Source of the DNA: Octopus vulgaris
Lineage: Eukaryota
Direction of reading: 5' to 3'
Assembly (NCBI GenBank): GCA_951406725.2
Contig: OX597816.1
Location: forward strand, 66,464,001 to 66,528,000
Length of the DNA: 64,000 nt
Positions 53,704 to 64,000 of the stretch are shown here, piece by piece. The notes beneath the pieces were generated by a model. It saw nothing but the letters and a program-made list of their open reading frames with translations. It had not been told where the DNA came from and searched no databases. A program made the position numbers and the translations under genes. Position 1 is the first letter of the stretch. The number at the start of each line of letters is the position of its first letter.

Positions 53704-54101
53704 GTATATTGTCAGAAGTATGACTTTAAACTGTATCCAGTAGTGAAGCCCTAATTTAAGAGTTCCAAGGAATTTAGGACTGTAGAACCACTTCTTCACC
53801 TCTATTCTTCCCAGGTCTTCTCTGAAATGGAGTGGTATTATCTGTTAGGCTCCCAGCTATGGTTTAATTAGCATATCACGGGATTGTCTTTAAAAGAAGG
53901 TCACTCACAGAACCCTGCTGACGAACCTAGGGAAGATGAGGACCTTCAGCTCTTTAATTGATCGTCTAAGAAAAGCTAACTCCATATAAATCCTGCATCC
54001 TGATAATTAATGGCCTCAAGGTACTTGTTGCACCAAAGAGATCTATAGTGTTATGAGTATGTATGTCAACGAGTAAATCTGCTATCTAATAAAATTTGAA
54101 A

Positions 54102-54447
54102 TGTTCCACATCAAATCATGTGACAAGTCAGAACACCATGCGACCCTCTTGTCTCCTCTGTCTCGCCCCACTTCTGTTCTTCACCCTGCTCCCCAATTTT
54201 GGAAGTGACATCTCCTGCTCGCTTTCTCTCTTTGCTACCAGGTTTTCACGTTTTTAGTTGAATTCACTTTTGTCTGGGTTGTTCAGTCAATATGACAGCC
54301 CCAGAGTTTAGTACCTCAGGCAATGGCCTAATTTATCTAGAACGCAACTGACCATTAATGTTATCTAGAACACTCTGGTCATTAATATGTTAACCACGCT
54401 AGATTTCCTGTTTTGTACCTCTATACTAATATAAGACATCCTTAACA
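54102..54447. mobile_element. Possible solo LTR
   Basis: TGTT...AACA termini, flanks gaaa/gaat, internal short repeats, higher GC. Confidence 0.3.
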
Positions 54448-55825
54448 GAATATTGTACAACAGTGAGTATTGGACAAAATACCTTTCATTTTTTATTTAT
54501 AACTTTCTACGGTCCTGCGTTCAAGTTCAAAGAAGGCTGAGATTGACTTCAACTTTTGTCCTCATGTTCATAAAATATCGAGAAAAAAAATCAAGTACGG
54601 GAGTAAATCGAAATGAATATAACACTCCCTGTGAATATGTTGCCTTGTCCCAATGTCAAAAAGTATCTTTTATATATTCAAAAATATAAAATATAAAATA
54701 AAAACAAATATTACTTAAAATATCTCCATTAAAAGTATATCGCTCAGTCCCCCGTTGATTAGCAATTAAATACTAATCTGGTATATTCATACATTAACTT
54801 GTTCCCTTTTTACAAAAATTTCCCGATTCCGAAGATGGTCACACGGGTTAATGTCAAGACGCAACGAAAATTTTAGGAAAATAAAAATAATAAGTGGAAA
54901 TTTTACCGGTGAGTGTGTTACATTATAAGGCACAAAAAGAAAATGACTCTCCCCAGACACAACAGAATATGCTTCAACACACGAACTCATATAAAGAATC
55001 TTGCAAACCAAATCCAAAAACGAAATGTTGTACAAAGTTAAATGCAAATTTGTTATTTAGGGACATCACTCTACCATTAGTTTTGCTAGAGTTATCGCCC
55101 ATAAAATATTACTATCTATTAAGAGTTTTCAATTAACGTTCCCAAAATAGTTTTGATTAATAAACAACGTTCGAAGACAAAATTATGCTGCATACCAGAT
55201 AACTCACAAAATCCACTTCCTGTTTCTGTTACCCGCCCACTTAAACGATGACATTGTGATAATTCACCACATTACTGACTTGAAACATCAGCATGTTTAA
55301 TCCATTTTCCAATTGCTATGTTGTTTAATGCCGTAACAAATATGATCAGTTTACCGCAATTAAACAAAGTTTTATATATTCAAAAATATAAAATAAAAAC
55401 AAATTTTAGTGATTTTGTTTAGAAAAGACACATTTTTTAAAAATCTAAATCTTTCATGACAGAATCGTAAGAGCGTCGGATAAAATGCTTTGCGAGTTCA
55501 AATCTCGCAGAAGTCAATTTTGCATTTCATCCTTAAAGTGTCGCTGAAATAAAGTAATAGGCAAGTACTGGGATTGCTTTAATTGACTAAATCTCTTCTC
55601 AAAAATTCTAGCTTTAACATTCAAAAATTTTTAAAGTGTAACTCAGCTATAAAGAAGTTTGCCAGAACATTCTGTAGAGCATCTCAGTCTGTGTTACGAA
55701 CATCCAAACTGGTCTTATGCGACTCATAGCTAACTAATATACCCCAATGTGGACGCACAGTACCCACGTAAATAAAATGAATGTGACTGATGTTCGTTAC
55801 TATTAAATCGACATCTTTGTCCTGG

Positions 55826-56125
55826 CTGGAGATGCAATGGCCCAGTGGTTAGGGCAGCGGACTCGCAGTTGGAGGATCGCGGTTTCAATTCCCAGACCGG
55901 GCGTTGTGTGTGTTTATTGAGCGGAAGCACCTTAAAGTCCCACGAGGATCTAGCAGCGGGTGGTGGTGACTCCTGTTGTACTCTTTCGCTGCAACTTTCT
56001 CTCACTTCCTGTTTCTTGAGTAACACTGCAATGGACTGGTGTCCCGTCCAGCTGGGGGGAACACATATGCCTCAAAAACCGGGAAACCAGGCCCATGAGC
56101 CTGGCTAGGCTTGAAAAGGCGACGT
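55826..56125 (+). mobile_element. SINE family C
   Basis: tggcccagtggttagggcagcggactcgc..ggtttcaattccc tRNA-like head. Confidence 0.8.
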
Positions 56126-56543
56126 TTATCGTTTTTTTTTTTTTTGTTCTGGCTACCAATAATAAGTATGATTGCTCCACCTCTCTTCTACAGAGAAATA
56201 ACCACTCAAAAGCAATACCACCGTATCAGAAAAATAATTATTGTCACACATTAAAAACAAATAACCAACACAACACTCATCATCTCAAAATTAAATCAAC
56301 ATATTTGTACAAATTTGTAAAAGAAAACTTTGACATTAACAAAGCCAGAAGAGATGAACAAAAGATGACTCCAGAGGTTTGCCTGATTTCCATTCAATAC
56401 GGAAGTAATGAATTGTAGGTAATGGTGTAGTTGTGACAGGCATAGATGTGACTGTGTTATAGGAAATAGTGTGGATGTGTGCTTAATAAGTTTGCTTCCA
56501 AACCATGTTGTTTGGGGTTCACTCCCACTGTACCACACTTTAA

Positions 56544-56764
56544 CCCTTTCATTACTGTATTTACTTTGAGATGCTCTGTGTTTCTTTCAGTTAATTTTAA
56601 ATATAACAAAGAATTTAGTAAAATAACTTAGTTATCATTAAGCTAGAGTTAGGAACATAAATTGTGACTAAGGTTTGGTGAAAGATTTTAATTCAAAACT
56701 TATGAAAACAAAACATTTGTACTCAGAGCCAAAGCCGGTTTCAGCCAAGTTGATATCAAAAGGG
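56544..56764. mobile_element. piggyBac-type MITE inside a SINE A head
   Basis: TTAA-CCCTTT...AAAGGG-TTAA; SINE sequence resumes at 56769. Confidence 0.85.
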
Positions 56765-57446
56765 TTAAGCAAGTGTCTTCTACTATAATCCCAGGGACAA
56801 CCAAAGCTTTTGAGTGGATTTGGTTGACAGCTACTGAAAGAAGCTTGTCATGTAGTGAAGCATGATTTTCAAATGCTAGGCCTCATGGAGGCAATGACTA
56901 GCAACTGAGACATTTAGTGATATGTTGTGCTTGCAAAGACCCATCAAGCCAAATGAAATCATAATTGTGGCCACTGTCAGTGTCATGTAACAGGCACCTG
57001 TGCCAGTGGCATGTAAAAAGCACCTTCCAAGAGGTGGGCCTTACAGAGGCAATATCACCAATGCTGGTGTCGCGGACTAGCAACCGTACTGGTGGCACAT
57101 AAAAAGCACCTCTCAAGCGCTGGACCTCATGGAGGTAATGACAAATGACTGAGACCTTTGGCAACATACTGTGCTTAGAAGGAAGATCCATCAAGCCAAG
57201 TGCAATCATAGTCATCACTCAACTGGCATCTGAGCTGGTGGCATGTAAAAGCTCCCATTACACTCTGAGTGTTCGGCATTAGGAAGGACATCCAGCTGTA
57301 GAAACCATGCCAAATCAGACTGGAATCTAGCATCGCCTGTCAGCTTACCAGCCTGGTCAAATGGTCCAACCTATGCCAGCATGGACAACAGATGTTAAAT
57401 GATGATGATAATGATGATGGTGATGGTGGTGGTGGTGGTGATGATG

Positions 57447-57483
<37 letters not shown>

Positions 57484-57580
57484 TACATGTATATATATAT
57501 ATATATATATGTACACACATACATATATACATATATATGCATATATATACACGAGAAAGAAGCAACAAGAATGGATTAGT

Positions 57581-57671
57581 TTTTAGTACAATTGTTTCAT
57601 ACAAAGACAGGCTTTATTAAAAGTTGCAAATATTGCAGCAGATAAAAGTGTCCCGTACTCATCAGCTAAAA
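57581..57671 (-). ncRNA. Type I hammerhead ribozyme with extended stem II, in a Penelope-like element (57551-57950)
   Basis: Minus: ttttag CTGATGA gtacgggaca..tgtctttgtat GAAA caattg TA ctaaaa; 26-bp perfect inverted arms 57551-57576 / 57801-57826. Confidence 0.8.
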
Positions 57672-57971
57672 CACATATGAGTTCTCCAAACATCTTAGTG
57701 GGTGAGGCTACACTCATGAAGTATTGGAGATAATTTCATTAAAAGCAGATTTAGGTTGTAAACAGACTTCCGAAGTTCTTTAATGATGATGCACAGTCTT
57801 ATCCATTCTTGTTGCTTCTTTCTCGTTTATAATCACCCCACATTACTGTATGGTTAACACCATATAGTTTTCTGGTGCATCTAAGTTAAGTACCGCATTC
57901 AAGTAAATTCATTAGAATTGACTTGAATCTTAATTGCTTTTATTGCATATATATACATATATTACTCAAAG

Positions 57972-58306
57972 TGAAGGCACATGGCTCAGTGGTTAGAGCA
58001 TCAAGCTTACGATCCTGAGGTTGTGAGTTCAAATCCCAGACCGGGCTGTGTATTGTGTTCTTGAGCATGACACTTTATTTCACATTGCTCCAGATCACTC
58101 AGCTGTAGAAATGAGTTGTTATGTTGCTGGTGCCAAGCTGTATTGGCCTTTGCCTTTCCCTTGGATAACACTGGTGGCATGAAGAGGGGAAGCTGGTATG
58201 CATGGGCAACTGCTGGTCTTCCATAAACAACCTTGCCCGGACTTGTGCCTGAGAGGGTAACTTTCTAGATGCAATCCCATGGTCAGTCATGACCGAAGGG
58301 GGTCTC
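57972..58306 (+). mobile_element. SINE family D, full length
   Basis: tggctcagtggttagagc A-box, gagttcaaatccc B-box, ttgtgttcttgagca core. Confidence 0.85.
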
Positions 58307-60264
58307 AGAATTACTCAAAGAAATTCCAACTTTGTCAGATTTTCACATTTTATTTACAATCTTAAAATAATATAATATAAGATAAATACTGAATAGTATA
58401 TATAAAGGATAAAATCCTTTTAAGAGCAAATCTAGGACTCAACTAAACTGATTTGTCCAGTTTGCATAATAGCATACAGGCTGGCAACATGAAGAATTAA
58501 TTAATTGAAGACCAGAAAGTGGTTAGATTGATAAAACCTGCACTGTATCTGCTTGGTTTACTTGATTTACTTTTTGCAGTGAGGTTAAAATTATATGATT
58601 TTCTCCATTGGCCATATGTCCTTCCCTGTTTGCCGTTCACTACATCGGCTATATTCCTATATTCACTACATCAGCTATATTCCTATATTCCTATATTCAC
58701 TATGATGGGCTTCTTTCCGTTTCCAACTACCAAATCCACTCACGAGGCTTTGGTCAGCCTGCGGCTATAGTAGAAGACACTCGCCCAAGGTGCCACACAG
58801 TGGGACTGAACCCAGAACCATGTGGTTGGTAAGCAAACTACTTACCACACAGCCACTCCTGACGATGTTTAATTAAGACAAGTATACTCAACATTTTAAA
58901 GTATCCAAAAACACTGTGTTCTATGAACTAAAGAATTTATTATAAATCTGTGTTACTATCACCTACACTGTTATGTGAATTAAAGAGACCTGTTTAACAG
59001 AGTCCCAGTTTGTATATACAATATAAGTAATTATAAGTTATTAATCTCAAAATTTGCAACGTCTTACCACCCTGCAGCAGTAGCTTACAACCAGGTGGTG
59101 TGAGCTCAACCATTGAGAGTGAAGTGAATTAGTTATAGACAGAACTCTAAGTGGTGGAGGAGGGATACAAAGTGCTGGCCTCTCAGCTGGATACACTATC
59201 CTATTGATTCAGTCACTAGCTCTGTCTTATCTAGATGAACTGTCGTCACCATGATCACTATCATTAACCCATGTTTGTTTGGGTTGGATAGTTTGTCTGT
59301 TCAAGACATCACCGTTAACGACTTTATGTTCAAATAACAGAAAAATCTGTTGAGTATACAGGATGTAGAAAATGAATATAAGCTAGTTCATTCCAAGTCA
59401 CTTTGTTCAGATCACTGGCATACATAAAAAAAATACATGAATATTGCACAATCTATTGTTAAATTGAGACGCTCCCTATGTAGGGAGTCAAGGTAGCATA
59501 ATGAAAAGACATGATATTAAAGCTGTGACTGTTTCTGATATTTAGGTTAAGGTCAAGTTATTAAATAGCACCAGGGTCATATAAACACACACATGCATAC
59601 AACCCTCACACATGCACACACATGCATGCACATGCACATGGACGTGTGTACACATGCACACACACCCATACATTTGTATATGCAGTTTAATAATTAATCA
59701 GTTTATAGTTAGAAAAGTATGTATTAAATACAGTAAAATCATTCAGGATTTATCTTGAAATCATTGACTTAAAACTGATATTTACAAGCCTCTAAGTGCA
59801 TACAGTAGCAGCCGAATCTCCCTTCCATCACATTCTTAAAAAGGAAAAAGACATTGGATTGTCTTGAAAACATCCTGGAGGTAGACTGCATGACAAAAGA
59901 AAAGAGAGAGAGAAAAAGAACAAGATAGAACAACCAAAGTTTGAATCACTTTGATCAAGGACTGTTCAAAAAAGCTCTTCTGACACCAGGCATACATTGC
60001 TTCTGTGGCAAATTACCTTGAGAATATAATTTAACTTGGACATGATTACCTGGTTTCTTTCAACCTTACAAATATACAGTCACTATACATACCAAGAAAC
60101 TGGGCTTGTATATCACTTTACTAGTCATGAACAACACAACTAAATACTCAAAGCTATTGTATATTCTCTCTCTGTTTGGCAATAGGCAGGACAGATTTGG
60201 TTGAAACCCTTTTCATCTATTCATGAATCCGTTCTCAGAACAAACTTTACAAGAACCTGGATCC

Positions 60265-60850
60265 ATGGCTGTGTAAGGGAGAAGTTTGCTTCCCAACCAC
60301 ATAATTCTGGGTTCAGTCCCACTGCATGGCACCTTGGGCAAATGTTTTCTTCTATAGCCTCAGGCTGACTAAAACCTTAAGTGGATTTAGTAGACAGAAG
60401 GCATTGAGCTGGCAGAATAGTTAGCATGCCGGGCAAAATGCTTAGGAGTATTTCGTCTGTTTTTACATTCTGAGTTCAAATTCCACCGAGGTTGACTTTT
60501 CCTTTCATCCTTTCGGGGTCAATAAATTAAGTACCAGTTGCAAACTAGGGTCAATCTAATCGACTAGCCCACTCCCCCAAAATTTCTGGCCTTGTGCCTA
60601 GAATAAAAAAGGATTTGATAGACAGAAACTGAAGGTACCTCATCATGTGTGTGTGTGTGACCACCACTTGACAACCGATGTTGGTTTGTTTATGTTCCCA
60701 TAATTAGCAGTTCAGTGAAAGTGACCAATAAAATAAGTACCAGGCTTATAAGAAAAGTACTGGGGCCAATACATTCAACTAAAAATTTTTCAAGGTGGTA
60801 CCCCAGCATGGCTGCAGTCTAATGACTGAGACAAGTAAAAGATAAAAGAT
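60265..60850 (+). mobile_element. SINE A with a nested SINE B (60399-60610)
   Basis: Imperfect ~16-bp TSD ggatttagtagacaga / ggatttgatagacaga. Confidence 0.75.
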
Positions 60851-61149
60851 ATATGAATAACCAAATTGTTCCTGCAAACATTGACAATAGATGCTAGTTC
60901 ACCTTAGAAAGTCGGCAAAAATTATACACACTGCTTTTCATCACCTAACAAACTTCAGTAATATCATAATTTCACGCCCACTTTTCCATGCTCATATGAA
61001 GCCAGACAGAATTTGCTGAAGCAAATTTTTCTATACCCAGATATCCTTCCTCTTTCCACTCTTCAGCTATTTCCAAGCAAGGTAAATATTTCTCATGGCC
61101 AGATATGTTTTCCATAGAAAACTGGAAATGAAAAATATTGCTTATATAC

Positions 61150-61555
61150 TTTTTTACTCTTTTACTTGCTTCAGTCATTTGACTGTGGCCATGCCGGAGC
61201 ACCGCCTTTAGTTGAGCAAATCAAGCCCAGGACTTATTCTTTGTAAGCCTAGTACTTATTCTATTGGTCTCTTTTGCCGAACCGCTAAGTTACGGAGACG
61301 CAAACACACCAGCATAGGTTGTCAAGCGATGTTAGGGGGACAAACACAGACACACAAACATACACACACACACACACACATATATACATATATACGACGG
61401 GCTTCTTTCAGTTTCCGCCTACCAAATCCACTCACAAGGCTTCGGTTGGCCCGAGGCTATAGTAGAAGACACTTGCCCAAGGTGCCACGCAGTGGGACTG
61501 AACCCGGAACCATGTGGTTGGTAAGCAAGCTACTTACCACACAGCCATACCTACA
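61150..61555 (-). mobile_element. SINE family A, young full-length copy
   Basis: Reverse-complement match to 20868-21250. Confidence 0.85.
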
Positions 61556-62105
61556 CCTATATAATAGTGATGCTCATTTACAACTATCATGTGATGTCAA
61601 GACAAGGGTACACACACACACACACACACAATAATGTATATATGATGAGCTTCTTTCAGTTTCTAGCTACCATATCCATTCACAAGAATGTTATTTACTT
61701 AGGGACCACAATGAAGTTAACTGAACTCTGTCAAGGGGTTTTAAAGAGCTTCAAACTGTAGTAAGATTTATATCTGTGTTGTGCTATAGAGAAAACGAGA
61801 TACATTTTCTGATTTACATTCCACAGTTAAGCTATATGTATTAAAATGTGCAAATACATTTTCACATACCAAATTTTAAATGTCTTTGAGATCATGAAGT
61901 ACGTTTTTAAAATTCATATATAATTAATATGCTAATTATCATTATTCTACTTGCATTTCTTTCTCTTTTATTATTTTGGCATGTATTTTATTTAATGTAT
62001 TTTTAATTAAAAACTAATTACAAAAATATGCAAATTTACTTACCTACACATGCAAATACTAAACACACACACACATTTACACATACACATTCACACACAC
62101 ACATT

Positions 62106-62140
<35 letters not shown>

Positions 62141-62355
62141 TCATATATAGGTATGGGCATGGTAAATTGTAGGCATGGCCTATTGTGGATACAGTTATTT
62201 GTTACCACGTAGTCTTGAGTTCTGTATTTCTTTGTTGCACATTGGGCAAAGGTCATCCACTTGTAGCCTCTGACCAACCACTGCCATGGGAATGGATTTA
62301 GTAGGCAGAAACTGTATGGAAACTCATCAAAGTGTGTATATTTATGTATACATTG

Positions 62356-62459
62356 TCATCATCATTATCATCATCATCGTCATCAACATCACCACCACCA
62401 CTACCACCAAAACTACCACCACCAACAACACCACCATCACCAACACCACCACCACCACC

Positions 62460-62493
<34 letters not shown>

Positions 62494-62495
62494 TT
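62356..62495. repeat. Compound (CAT)n/(CAC)n microsatellite
   Basis: Direct inspection. Confidence 0.95.
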
Positions 62496-62554
62496 CGCTG
62501 ATTGCATATGTCAGACAGAATTTGTTCAGGTACATACACACACACACATTATAT

Positions 62555-62843
62555 ATTAGGTTGTCAAGAAAGTTCTTGTGGAATTTTTGATTTTGGTTTT
62601 AAATGAAGTATTTTCAAATTAATTGTCGTTAAATTACTTTGACTTTAGATATCATTTTAAAGCCCATTTTTCGCTCTATCATGTTACTCTTTTTCTTTTT
62701 GAATAATTAGGCCATTTCTTCCGGAACGTTGAATACATGGACAAAAAGCAAATTTGCACAATTTTCTTATTTCAGTTCAAGCTAGGCAGAAAAGCTGCTG
62801 AAACAGCTTGTAATATCAACGATGTTTGGCCCAGGAACCACTG
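62555..62843 (+). mobile_element. Mariner (Hsmar1/cecropia-like) 5' end
   Basis: TIR-like tattaggttgtcaagaaagttc and MDKKQICTIFLFQFKLGRKAAETACNIN. Confidence 0.8.
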
Positions 62844-63612
62844 GGCAAAAACAACACCAAGATGCAATTCACTCTACCAGAAATTTGGAAACAACATGCT
62901 ATACAGCTTGGCATTCATGCCAGAAACTCTCAGTATGAACATTTCAGAGTGTTTGGGTGTGAATCTGAGGATAGTGCAGTCTGAAGACATGTACTGAGAG
63001 TGAGAAAAATCAAACATCAAGGCAACATCATGGTGCTTGGAGTGATCACTAATGATGGTGATGTTATGCCTCCATTCATCTTCCCACATGGCCTCAGACT
63101 CAACAAAGAGGCCTACATCAAGTGTCTGGAGGAGGTAGTGCTGCCCTGGATCAAGAAGGTGGATGCTGGTAGACCCTATGTCTAGCAACAGGACTCTGCA
63201 CCATGCCACTCAAGCAAGAGAACCTAGTTATGGCTGTCAGACAATTTCTGTGGCCACATCACTCCTAACATCTGGCCACCTAACTCCCCAGACTGCAACC
63301 TCCTTGATTATTATGTGTATAGTTGAGCAAGAGACCAACAAAATTCTTTGTAACACCTAAGATAAACTGAAGACAAGGATTATGGCAGCATTCACCAACT
63401 TAAACAAAGAGATCATTCAGAAGAGTTGCAGGAGATTCCAAAGTCATCTGGAGGCCATGGTTGAAGCCAATGGCAATTTCATTGAATAAAATTGCTCTTT
63501 AGTATTTCAAGATATTTTTATGTAATTTTGGTAAATATATCTGTTAAAATGAGAAGTCAGTGTTATTTTCATTTTTGTGTAATTTAGATGACAATTTATT
63601 CACTACACTTGA
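62844..63612 (+). mobile_element. Internally deleted maT-like (DD37D) transposon
   Basis: IMVLGVITNDGDVMPPFIFPHGLRLN..QQDSAPCH..IWPPNSPDCNLLDYY with D-37-D spacing; stops present. Confidence 0.75.
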
Positions 63613-64000
63613 CCACTAAATCTACAAATATTTTTCTTCTCTCCGCTTGTTTCTTCGTGTTCATTTCTGTTGAAGAGTGTAAGTTTGAAACATAAAGACT
63701 TTCTCACCTACCCGAGCATCAAACTAATAAACCTGCTTGTTGTTTATACACTTATCTTCGTCTTTTGTTTTTCTGTAAATTTCAACTATACACACACACA
63801 TACACACAGATATATATATATATATATATATAAAATATATATATGTAGACAATGGGCTTGCTTCCACACAGGTTTTGTTTACCAAATCCACTCATAAGAC
63901 ACTGGGTCAGCCCAGGGTTATAGTAGACACTTACACAAGGTGCCATGCAATGGGATTGAGCCCTAAACCTCACAGTTGCAAAGCAAGCTTCTTAATTATG

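Noticed and set aside
55210-55245. ETS-like acttcctgt and GC-box ccgccc cluster
   Set aside because: Short motifs with no associated exon; insufficient to call a promoter
58636-58702. Short tandem duplications (26 bp here; 19 bp at 6171; about 28 bp at 34640)
   Set aside because: Ordinary slippage duplications
62286-62559. Poly-Pro/Thr/Gly/His ORFs (also 57340-57620)
   Set aside because: Trinucleotide microsatellites

Overview
AT-rich, repeat-dense eukaryotic genomic DNA. The SINE families and microsatellite load look like a coleoid cephalopod, most likely Octopus (inferred). Only one host coding exon is recognisable: the 97-nt first coding exon of a VPS13D orthologue on the minus strand (13613-13709), which the ORF track misreads. 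Positions 1 to about 45k are probably VPS13D intron, with a CpG-retaining candidate promoter near 41-47k. The rest is mobile DNA: four tRNA-derived SINE families, RTE and CR1/L2 fragments, Tc1, mariner, maT, hAT and Helitron fossils, and several MITEs. Two things stand out. (1) Several distinct Penelope/retrozyme-like elements carry type I hammerhead ribozymes, including a complete TSD-flanked insertion with a 349-nt terminally redundant unit (14522-15087). (2) A young, GC-rich, ORF1-only (HAL1-like) L1/Tx1-type retroelement is inserted with a perfect 15-bp TSD into a SINE head (35537-37568). All calls are by eye and fossil boundaries are approximate.
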